Below are positions 18,242-25,894 of a stretch of DNA of 32,000 bases, piece after piece. This DNA is from Halogeometricum borinquense DSM 11551 (GTDB lineage Archaea > Halobacteriota > Halobacteria > Halobacteriales > Haloferacaceae), in the NCBI RefSeq assembly GCF_000172995.2, contig NC_014735.1:210001-242000 (forward strand), in the 5' to 3' direction. The translations under genes were made by a program, and so were the position numbers. Numbering within the stretch: the first letter of the stretch is position 1; every line of letters begins with the position of its first letter. The notes below the pieces were generated by a model. The model had not been told where the DNA came from and did not search any database. It saw only the letters and a program-made list of their open reading frames with translations.

Positions 18242-18844
18242 ACGATGACGTTCCAGTACGTGGCTCAAAGTAATACCGGTTCGGAGGGCTACGTTTTGGG
18301 TTCTCTCGGTGCTGTTCGGATATCAGTACGACGACTCTGATACTGCACCGAAATCTGTGAGTGGTATAACGCGTGTATTAGTGTTTTATCTCTGCTCGAT
18401 GAACGTCATCTCTGCTGAGAAGTTAGTAGAGATCCCTCTCAGCATAGAATTGTTATACGTAAGACATTATATCTATCTAATTTCTCCGCCAGTGTCGCTT
18501 GCTCACCGGTGTCGTAATGGGTGACGGGTTACCGGTAACCGACCGGTTGCGCTGGCGAACACGGATATCGGTCAGTCACTCTCCGTTCGAGATACCTGAC
18601 GACCCACGGCGGGCTATCAGTATTGGCACAACTGATTAATGAGTAGCCCCTAAGGTTGGAAGTGCCGGTAGGTTGTTCGGACGATTCGCGCAGAACCCGA
18701 ATCCGGCCCGCTGACGGAGAAATCCCCCCCATCCCCACATCTCCGTCAGCAATTGGTTGCGCCACCACGGAGCGATTTCAGTTCCATCTTGGTGGCAATC
18801 CCCACCTTCTGTCGAACGGCTTTCGTACGGGACAGCTACGCCTG

Positions 18845-19411
18845 TCATACTGCACTGAGTTGATGGAACATCGCCTCGAAATCCTCGTTGTCCAACTGAT
18901 GGAGATGCCTGTCCGACTGCGCTCGGAGTTCCGCAATCTCGTCGATCAACTGTTGATACTGAGACTGTCGTTTAAGTTCGGCGACCGGTTTCTGCGCTTT
19001 GAGTGCCTCTCGCTTCGATAGTTTCCTGAACAACGCCGTCAGCGACTCGGCGTATCGGGAACGCCGTAAGAGATTCTCGACAACTGCTTTGATGTCTTCT
19101 TCCTTGACCGGTTTTTTGAGATACGTGTCGAACCCCATCTCGAGAATATCGTAGTCGGGATCGACCGCGGTTATCATTGCCACGTGGCAGTCGAATCCAC
19201 GTGCGCGTATCTCGTCGAGTACTTCGTCGCCGGACGTGTTCGGCATCCGCCGGTCGAGAATGACGACAGAAACGGTTTCGTCCAGCACTTCGAGCGCGCT
19301 GGACCCGTTGTAGGCGATTTCGACGGTATAGTCTGTGGCGAGCCATGTAGCGTACAGGTCCGCGATAGCTCGTTCATCATCAACGACAAGCACTTTTGAT
19401 TGCGAACTCAT
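18845..19411 (-). CDS. Response regulator with a CheY-like receiver and a C-terminal HalX domain
   Basis: KVLVVDDE, VVILDRRMP (phospho-acceptor Asp), AMITAV and YLKKP. The helical C-terminus LLRRSRYAESLTALFRKLSKREALKA...IAELRAQSDRHLHQL is typical of HalX. Confidence 0.9.
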   Translation of the reverse strand: MSSQSKVLVVDDERAIADLYATWLATDYTVEIAYNGSSALEVLDETVSVVILDRRMPNTSGDEVLDEIRARGFDCHVAMITAVDPDYDILEMGFDTYLKKPVKEEDIKAVVENLLRRSRYAESLTALFRKLSKREALKAQKPVAELKRQSQYQQLIDEIAELRAQSDRHLHQLDNEDFEAMFHQLSAV

Positions 19412-19703
19412 TTTTGTACGCCTGGATATTGTGCTGTTTTCGGCGGCTAAATGATAAACTTATCCGGCTAAGAATCAGATTTGATACTCAAATTTGGTAT
19501 ACGGAACCGTCAATAGAGTAAGCTTGGCGGGACCTGAGTGGCGTTTTACGCGGCTATATGACTCATTAAGTATCAGTACCTAATTATATTTTGATCTCGG
19601 TATCTAATCGATCCGGACGGTAAGTTTCTGTATTGAAGGAACCTATTTGAACGGGAGTGACATGTTTGGGATAATTAGTGAATACTTTGTATGAGGTCTT
19701 AAT

Positions 19704-20660
19704 ATGGGGAGTATGGGAGAGAACGACGAAAGAGATTCGTCTCGTCGGGGTAAGCCGGATGAGGATACTTCCTCCTCATCACTTTCTGATCTTGCTGAGG
19801 ACCTTTCATCCGAGGACTCTTCAGATGAGGCTCCTTCAGATGAAGCTCCTTCAGATACCGTCTCCTCGGAGGAGTCTTCATCTGAGAGTGTTTCACCGTC
19901 CTCGACGACGAGCGACCAGTCTCTTTCTCTCTCCGAACTCGCGGAGTCGCTTCGCAAACGACGTCTGGAGGGGTCTGGATCCGAACTCGGGGGCGACCAA
20001 TCGGAGTGGGACATTATCACGCAATCAGCTGACGACTCTGACTCGACGTCGGGCCCGGATCCAAAGACGGAGGCGGTGCTCGAACTCGTTGGCGATGCAT
20101 CCAACATTCTCCTCTCGGGTCAAACCGAGTGTGCGGCAGAGGAGAGTCTGTGCTCTCGGTTGATGTCGTCTTCGACTGGTGACCCGATCAACCTCCTCGT
20201 GGTGACTATCGGCCAGACGCCTGGTGAACGACTCTCGATTCTCCAGAACTACCTTTCGGGTCCTGTTGGGAATACGGCCGTCATCGACGTTCAATCCTAC
20301 GACGCGGGCGTCCCGTCTGAGGAGTACGACGGTCCAGTCGAGATCAAGACTGTTCAGGATGCGACTGACCTCCGTCGTATCGGGATACTTACCAGTAAGG
20401 TCCTTAGCGACTGGGAAGACTCACCGGGACAGACTGCCGTCTGTTTCCACTCGGTGTCCGACCTCCTCAAACATGTTGACGACCAACAACTCGTCTTCCG
20501 CTTTCTTCACGTCCTCCGGGGCCGCATCCACGCAGCGGGTGCCCGAGGACATTACCATCTTGACCCGACGAGCCACGATACGCAAGTCGTTCGGACGTTC
20601 GCCTCGCTTTTCGATACTGTTCTCGAATTCGAAACCGACGGCTCCGTGTCGCTGAACTGA
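19704..20660 (+). CDS. Acidic protein with a Ser/Asp/Glu-rich disordered N-terminus (~150 aa) and a C-terminal RecA/KaiC-like domain with a degenerate P-loop
   Basis: ATG at 19704. The C-terminal pattern is INLLVVTIGQTPGERLSIL ... TAVCFHSVSDLLKHVDDQQLVFRFLHVLRGRIHAAGARGHYHLDP ... LFDTVLEFETDG. It resembles KaiC/RecA-superfamily cores, but no GxxxxGK[ST] occurs anywhere in the protein. Confidence 0.6.
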   Translation: MGSMGENDERDSSRRGKPDEDTSSSSLSDLAEDLSSEDSSDEAPSDEAPSDTVSSEESSSESVSPSSTTSDQSLSLSELAESLRKRRLEGSGSELGGDQSEWDIITQSADDSDSTSGPDPKTEAVLELVGDASNILLSGQTECAAEESLCSRLMSSSTGDPINLLVVTIGQTPGERLSILQNYLSGPVGNTAVIDVQSYDAGVPSEEYDGPVEIKTVQDATDLRRIGILTSKVLSDWEDSPGQTAVCFHSVSDLLKHVDDQQLVFRFLHVLRGRIHAAGARGHYHLDPTSHDTQVVRTFASLFDTVLEFETDGSVSLN

Positions 20661-20726
20661 GTCACAGCAGTTCGGCGTCGAACTGAGTTACAGTCGCCCC
20701 GCCTCTTTCGTTCGCCCGTTCTGGTT

Positions 20727-21941
20727 TTAGCTATCGTCGTCCGTGGACTCGGTACTCTCGTCGCTTTCATCCGAGTCCTCGGACTTGCCTTCGGCAGTGA
20801 GCGCGTCGATATCGCCGAACGGACCGTCGGCTGAATCGCTCGTATCGGTCCGCGTTCCCTCTTTGTCGGTTTCCAAGTCTAACGTCACGTCTGCGTCGGT
20901 CGATGTCTGTTCGTCGTCGCCGTCAGGTCCGCCGCTGCCGGCGTCGCCCGTCAAATCAATATCTGACACCGTCGATGTACGCTCGCCGTCAGAGCGCTCT
21001 CCTTCCGACGTTTTGCTCTCGTCAGCTGTGCCTTCACTGGCCCGGTCCGCCGATCCGAGTTGTTCCTGTTCGCCAGCCGCAATTTCGCTGTCATCGACCT
21101 GTGCCAGTGGCTCGTTGTCTATAACGCTTGATTTCGTCTTGATCACGGCTTCAGAAAGCACGAACCACTTTGATCGTTGTTCGACGCCCATTAGCTCTGC
21201 TTCGCACATCGGACAGTAGGGTCTCACCAGCAGGGCGATATCGATCTCTTCGGCACAGTTCCCACACTCGCCCGTATAGGAACCAACGTCGCTGGCTTCT
21301 CGTTTGAGTCGCTGGAGCTTGTCGCGTTCGTTCTCTACTTGCTCAATCACTCCTTGCTGTTGTTGTACCTCCGTTACTTGGGCATCCAGACTGTCCGTTT
21401 CTTCGATTAGATACTGCAGTATCGTCTGGACGTCGCCAAACCTCGATTGTAACTGCGCTTTGATCTCCGCTTGCTCGGCCGATAGCTGAGATTCTATCGA
21501 CTCAAGTTCGTCCTGAATCTCCGAGTCTCCGGTGTCTCCGAGTTGCTCTTCGAGTTCCGTGAGACGACCGGTGAGTTCGCCGATTTCGGATTCGATCTCG
21601 GATCTGCGATCAACGACGCTTTCCAGTTCCACCTGTATCTCGGTGATGCGCTCCCGAAGTGTGTCGAGTTGATCTGTCACTGTTTCGGTCTCACCGGTGG
21701 TATCGGATTCTCCGTCTACAGTATTGGCTGGCCCCGACAGCTCTAAACTCCCCAACGAATTGTTTTCGGTCGTTTCGTTGAGCAACTGGCTGATCTCGTT
21801 GAGCGTCCAGTACGATGAAATTAGCTGCTCGAAGAGTTCCTCCCGAGGGATGTCCGCAGACTCTGCTTTCTGCGCTAACCACGTCTCGAACGACGTAGAG
21901 TCGGATTCGGCATCGTGATCGCCTGGAGATTCATTGGACAT
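20727..21941 (-). CDS. Acidic coiled-coil protein with a central CxxC-x13-CxxC zinc ribbon and an acidic disordered tail
   Basis: ATG at 21941. A heptad-like region LDTLRERITEIQVELESVVDRRSEIESEIGELTGRLTELEEQL...KLQRLKRE is followed by CGNCAEEIDIALLVRPYCPMC. Confidence 0.65.
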   Translation of the reverse strand: MSNESPGDHDAESDSTSFETWLAQKAESADIPREELFEQLISSYWTLNEISQLLNETTENNSLGSLELSGPANTVDGESDTTGETETVTDQLDTLRERITEIQVELESVVDRRSEIESEIGELTGRLTELEEQLGDTGDSEIQDELESIESQLSAEQAEIKAQLQSRFGDVQTILQYLIEETDSLDAQVTEVQQQQGVIEQVENERDKLQRLKREASDVGSYTGECGNCAEEIDIALLVRPYCPMCEAELMGVEQRSKWFVLSEAVIKTKSSVIDNEPLAQVDDSEIAAGEQEQLGSADRASEGTADESKTSEGERSDGERTSTVSDIDLTGDAGSGGPDGDDEQTSTDADVTLDLETDKEGTRTDTSDSADGPFGDIDALTAEGKSEDSDESDESTESTDDDS

Positions 21942-21983
21942 ATTCGAAGGGAGTTTGCTTCGCCGAACATTCTTGATGGGTGA

Positions 21984-21990
21984 ATATAAA
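21984..21990 (-). promoter_or_regulatory. Candidate TATA box (TTTATA on the minus strand) in the 113-nt divergent spacer
   Basis: Plus-strand tgaatataaatcc. On the minus strand this is TTTATA, ~46 nt upstream of the ATG at 21941, matching the haloarchaeal TTTAWA consensus. It could also serve the plus-strand gene at 22055. Confidence 0.3.
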
Positions 21991-22054
21991 TCCTTCCCGA
22001 AGCGTACAAGACGGTTGACCTCTGAGTTAGAGCAACTCCCGAGGGGGGAACATC

Positions 22055-23629
22055 ATGAGTCGGTCACTTTGGTATCTCGGTCTGCTACTCATCATCGGCG
22101 GTGTGACGCTCGGCGCCGTCCCTACCAGCAGTTACAGCACGATTGCGGGTGACCGACCGGTATCCGTCTCGGTGGCTGACGACGACGAGGCATTTCTCGC
22201 GCTGACTGAAACCGGTGCGACGGTGAGAAATCCGGGGAACGGGGACGGAAATTCGGGAACCGCTATTGCCTCGCTTGTGAACAACCTCGATTCGGATATG
22301 ACGGTTTCGTACGAAGCGTCGGTTGACACTGATGCTGTCTCGTTGAAGACGACTTCTGAGACGACCACGATTGATCGAGGGTCACAAGAACGGATCTTTG
22401 CGAGTTGTAATCCACCGAACGGTGGTTCGGGAACCGCGACGCTGACGGTGACCGTCAACGAAGCCGAGGCCGCCAACGCAAAGATAACCGATGCAACGCT
22501 CCAAGCGCAGTTCGACTACGACTGTCCCGGTAATGGCGGCGGCCATCCCGGTCCGCCGCACGGTGTCGCGTACATCGACACGAACGGGAACGGTGCGTAC
22601 GACGATGGCGAGGCGATACTCACCAAGTCGGAGGCCCTCTCGTTCGAGGATGAGGACGAAAATCTCGTCATCCACCCCGACCGCGAGCGACTCTCCAGCA
22701 GATGGGAAATCGAGATCGAAGCTCGCTCGCTCATCGTCCGAGAAGCGACGTTACGGACCAATCGGGACGTGAGTATCGAAACCGAATCCGGTGGCGTGAC
22801 CTTCGTCGATAGCGGGGTGAGCACGACGAACGGCGAGATCGAGATCGAGGGGTCGTCAGTCGTCGCGTCGAGATCGACGTTCGAGACGAACCGGGAGGTC
22901 AGCATCGAGGCCGAAGATGGGGAAGTGAGCCTCGCCGCTTCCACTATCGACACGAAGAACGGGAAGGTCGAGGTGAAAGGTGGCCGAATCGACGCGCAGA
23001 ACTCACAGTTCCGCTCGAACACGAAGATCGAGCTGACGGCTGAGCAAGGTTCGGTCAGTCTCTCTGGAGCGACAGTCGATTCGGTGAACGGGAAGGTCGA
23101 AGTGGTCGGGCGTAGTGTCTCCGCACCGAACGCCGATATTTCGACAAACTCCGAAATTTCACTCATCGGCTCGAACGCCGTTACTCTGACCGGTGCGACG
23201 GTTGACTCGACGAACGGCCAAGTTGCGGTCTACGGAAACAGTATCTCTGCGCGGAACGCTGAGATAACGACGAACAGCGAAATCGTCCTCAACACCGAAA
23301 ACGGTCACATCGACCTCGTTGACTCGACCGTTCGCTCCACGAACGGTGAAATCAAAATCAGTTCAGACGGCCTCCTTGATGCGACTCGCGCGACAGTCGA
23401 GACGAACTCGGATATCTCGCTTGGCTCCGTTGGCGATATGACGTTGACTGAGGCGACTGTTTCGACGGTCAACGGCGGGATCACCGCACAACTGAGCCGC
23501 GATTCCGCAACGCTGTCCGTTGATGGAACTGTGATTCGAGTGCGAGGTGGAAGCGGTGTCCTCGTCTACAGCCCTGATGATGTCACCGTCTCCGGAACGC
23601 CCGACGAGGGGACGGTTCGACGTGACTGA
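22055..23629 (+). CDS. Secreted or membrane-anchored protein: TasA-like N-terminal signal and ~165-aa domain fused to a beta-solenoid built from six 43-aa repeats
   Basis: ATG at 22055. N-terminus MSRSLWYLGLLLIIGGVTLGAVPTSSYSTIAGDRPVSVSVADDDEAFLAL parallels the gene at 25177. The repeats each begin with T/S-N at Asn residues 236, 279, 322, 365, 408 and 451. Confidence 0.75.
   Translation: MSRSLWYLGLLLIIGGVTLGAVPTSSYSTIAGDRPVSVSVADDDEAFLALTETGATVRNPGNGDGNSGTAIASLVNNLDSDMTVSYEASVDTDAVSLKTTSETTTIDRGSQERIFASCNPPNGGSGTATLTVTVNEAEAANAKITDATLQAQFDYDCPGNGGGHPGPPHGVAYIDTNGNGAYDDGEAILTKSEALSFEDEDENLVIHPDRERLSSRWEIEIEARSLIVREATLRTNRDVSIETESGGVTFVDSGVSTTNGEIEIEGSSVVASRSTFETNREVSIEAEDGEVSLAASTIDTKNGKVEVKGGRIDAQNSQFRSNTKIELTAEQGSVSLSGATVDSVNGKVEVVGRSVSAPNADISTNSEISLIGSNAVTLTGATVDSTNGQVAVYGNSISARNAEITTNSEIVLNTENGHIDLVDSTVRSTNGEIKISSDGLLDATRATVETNSDISLGSVGDMTLTEATVSTVNGGITAQLSRDSATLSVDGTVIRVRGGSGVLVYSPDDVTVSGTPDEGTVRRD
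22745..23500 (+). repeat. 129-nt (43-aa) in-frame repeats, ~6 copies, diverged at the DNA level
   Basis: Repeat unit approximately TN-x-E-[IV]-S-[IL]-x5-G-x-V-x-L-x2-[AS]-T-[IV]-D-[ST]-x-N-G-x-[IV]-x-[IV]-x-G-x-S-[IV]-x-A-x-N-[AS]-x-[FI]. The period is exactly 43 residues, counted from the translation. Confidence 0.75.
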
Positions 23630-23742
23630 CGTGCGCTAACACGCAATCTCAAATCGGTCGTTTCCGTTGGGATCCATTCCGTTCAATACGACCGCTGGAA
23701 CAGCAACGTCAGATGTGGCTGCTTACGACGTTGCGACGACTG

Positions 23743-23790
23743 GTTAGAGGAACCGCCGTTTCAGTTGTTAGAGGAACCGCCGCTTCAGTT
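23743..23790 (-). repeat. Perfectly adjacent 24-nt tandem duplication (1 mismatch) covering the last 6 sense codons plus the stop codon of the signal peptidase gene
   Basis: gttagaggaaccgccgtttcagtt (23743-23766) and gttagaggaaccgccgcttcagtt (23767-23790). On the minus strand both copies read L-K-R-R-F-L-stop. Confidence 0.85.
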
Positions 23791-25066
23791 CTTGGATAGT
23801 CGTGATGTTGCGCTCGGTAGAACGGAGCCTGATCGGGCCGACGCCAACCGCGATGAGACCAAAGGCAACTGTGCCGATGAGTAAGAGCAGGTCGATTGCC
23901 GCGACTGCAACGTACGGATGAATCGCATGCAGCGACAGGATCACTGAACGTGGGAGGACCGGCAGATACCGCCACTCTTTGATTGCACGGCTATAGCTAC
24001 CGGTCGCATCCGGCGCTTGAACCGTGAGCGTCGTTGTCTCGTTTGATCGAGGTGAGACTGTAAACACTGACCGCGAGATTGTCAACTCCGGATGCTGTGG
24101 TTCGATAACCGTCAGTATCGGCACGAAGCCGTCGTTGATGACCCGATACTCTATCGTCGCCTCGGCACCCACACCGATAACTAGCGGGTCGTCGTTCGGT
24201 GATTCTGAACTGACGATGTTGAAAGTGTTCGCTCCCGAGGGGGCGACCATGCTTGCTGTCGCGGGTGCGAGCACGAGAAGCGACAGAATGAACAGAAACG
24301 TCGTCGTCTTGATGTAGTTCGACCGTCGCCGCGAGCGTTTCGCTCTCGGCCGACTCCCCGTTACCGAATCGAAAACGATGCTGACGATGATTAGTCCGAC
24401 ACCCAAAAAGACGAGCGACTGCGCGGAACTGCCGCCTGCGAGCAACCCAGATGATCCGATTGCGCTACCAATCAGCCCGATGGTTCCCACTAGTGGCCCT
24501 TGCACAATCTGACTTACCGTGCCGAGATCGCGAATGACTACGACCTGCCCGTTCACTTGCAACGCCTCGGCAACGATCTGTGACTCCATCACCGGCGGTT
24601 CTACCCCGTCTTGATCGGTGAACGGGTTGGCATCGCCTCGTGTGATGTACCCTTCGTCAGTCCGTCTGACGATACGATGGGTGGTCAACCCGCCGTTGTG
24701 AAGTTCTGTGGCCTGAAACACGACCACATCGCCGGATTCCGGCGGCGGCGTAACCACTGCGGGAACGGCGATGAATCCGTCACCAGGCTCCATTGTCGGT
24801 TCCATGCTCCCCGTCTCGACGTATCCGAGGAGCACTGGCTGGCCGAGCGCCTGCCCGAACAGCATCGCACCGACTGCGACAATGAGGATGATGAGAACGC
24901 CGTACTGGATTCCGTCGCCGAGTTTCACGATCCGAGGTAGACGGTACGTCTGTATAACAGTTTGTGGAAACAAATAGTGTTTTGTGGAAACACGTGGCGA
25001 CAATACTCGCTGTGTGTCTCCCAAACGCTGCAATCCGCTATTTCTCCGTTTCAAGCGCTGAAACAC
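23768..25066 (-). CDS. Signal peptidase I of the archaeal/ER/SipW type (S26B) with a ~240-aa multi-TM C-terminal extension
   Basis: GYVETGSMEPTMEPGD (Ser87), GDVVVF, LTTHRIVRR (His130) and YITRGDANPFTDQDG. The start is uncertain: GTG at 25066 (track) or GTG at 24928, just before the first TM (KLGDGIQYGVLIILIVAVGAMLF). After residue ~190 there are further hydrophobic segments, a ~100-aa predicted extracytoplasmic beta-rich region, and a final TM. Confidence 0.85.
   Translation of the reverse strand: MFQRLKRRNSGLQRLGDTQRVLSPRVSTKHYLFPQTVIQTYRLPRIVKLGDGIQYGVLIILIVAVGAMLFGQALGQPVLLGYVETGSMEPTMEPGDGFIAVPAVVTPPPESGDVVVFQATELHNGGLTTHRIVRRTDEGYITRGDANPFTDQDGVEPPVMESQIVAEALQVNGQVVVIRDLGTVSQIVQGPLVGTIGLIGSAIGSSGLLAGGSSAQSLVFLGVGLIIVSIVFDSVTGSRPRAKRSRRRSNYIKTTTFLFILSLLVLAPATASMVAPSGANTFNIVSSESPNDDPLVIGVGAEATIEYRVINDGFVPILTVIEPQHPELTISRSVFTVSPRSNETTTLTVQAPDATGSYSRAIKEWRYLPVLPRSVILSLHAIHPYVAVAAIDLLLLIGTVAFGLIAVGVGPIRLRSTERNITTIQELKRRFL
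24961..24992. promoter_or_regulatory. Two perfect 12-nt direct repeats, TTTGTGGAAACA, spaced 20 nt start to start; candidate regulator-binding site in the divergent control region
   Basis: tttgtggaaaca at 24961-24972 and 24981-24992. They lie just upstream of the alternative GTG start (24928) of the peptidase gene and ~190-230 nt upstream of the TasA-like gene (starts at 25177/25222). Confidence 0.3.
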
Positions 25067-25176
25067 CAGCGAAACCGCTCATTTAGCCGGCGTTCCGTTG
25101 GTACAAGCTCCGGTTTCTTGCTACCAGCCGAGCTTGATTCGTTTCAAGCACCTGAATACAAAGTAGGTGGGGGCCG

Positions 25177-25821
25177 ATGGGTTCAGTAGAGACACGGGCG
25201 ACTGTGTCCGGGAGTACACAAATGGCAATAAACAGACGGAACGTCTTGATCGGACTCGGTGCATTAGTCGGGGGCGGTGGGGCACTCGTCGGTACGGGTG
25301 CATTCACCACTGTGAGTGCTGAACGGACGGTAAGCGTCAGTACCGCGGGCGACGCGAGCGCGTTCTTGACGATTACCGGCGACGACGAATACGTCACCGA
25401 TGACAGCGGCGACGGCACGCTCACGATTGACCTCGGCGGACCTGACGGCAATGACGGTGCGTCGGGCTTCAACGAGGAAGCGATTACGACGCTCACCGAC
25501 GTGGTGACGATTACGAACAACGCTTCCGACGGTTCGAGCGCGACGGTAGGCGTGTCCACCGACGGGGCTGCTGACGCATCCGCGAATGGGAGCGCAACGC
25601 TCCTGTTGCAGGATGGCAACACCGATGTCGCGGAAGTCACGTTCTCCGTCGGCGGCGAGGATACGAACAGTATCGGATCGGGTAGCGCGAAGACGCTGGC
25701 GACGGGTGAATCTGCGTATCTCGACGTGAAGATCGATACGCGCCAGGATACGCTAGACAACTCGAATGCAGACACCGGCGATCTGACAATTGTCGCAGAA
25801 GAGGGGTCGAATAATCCCTGA
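25177..25821 (+). CDS. Secreted TasA/camelysin-like-signal protein (candidate major fibre subunit, ~200 aa)
   Basis: MAINRRNVLIGLGALVGGGGALVGTGAFTTVSAERTVSVSTAGDASAFLTI. An internal ATG at 25222 (MAINRR...) is the more plausible start. The mature part is acidic, beta-rich, T/S/D/G-rich, and contains N-x-S/T sequons. Confidence 0.75.
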   Translation: MGSVETRATVSGSTQMAINRRNVLIGLGALVGGGGALVGTGAFTTVSAERTVSVSTAGDASAFLTITGDDEYVTDDSGDGTLTIDLGGPDGNDGASGFNEEAITTLTDVVTITNNASDGSSATVGVSTDGAADASANGSATLLLQDGNTDVAEVTFSVGGEDTNSIGSGSAKTLATGESAYLDVKIDTRQDTLDNSNADTGDLTIVAEEGSNNP

Positions 25822-25894
25822 ACGCGGCAACTCAGTAGTGCGGCGCTGAATCGCCCGGTAGCAAGCAACATACAACGTAACTATATCACTCACT

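Noticed and set aside
18309-18524. 71-aa ORF in the AT-rich spacer downstream of the epimerase gene region
   Set aside because: It has AT-rich, non-acidic, hydrophobic junk-like composition, a non-ATG start (TTG), and no motif. It is most likely intergenic or promoter DNA.
18530-18845. RNase P RNA, SRP (7S) RNA or tRNA in the GC-rich non-coding stretch
   Set aside because: I could not find GGAAAGUCC or ACAGAA-N-CGGCUUA-type RNase P blocks, a GGAAGG-GAGCA-type SRP helix-8 motif, or a GTTCGAATC-type T-arm on either strand. The stretch is kept only as an unclassified candidate in the findings.
20654-20693. Hairpin CAGTTCG-gcgt-CGAACTG (20668-20685) and direct repeat GAACTGAGT[C/T]ACAG (20654-20667 and 20680-20693) between convergent genes, considered as a bidirectional terminator
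   Set aside because: Archaeal termination is mainly signalled by oligo-T tracts and none follows the hairpin on either strand. The stem is only 7 bp. This is not enough to call a terminator.
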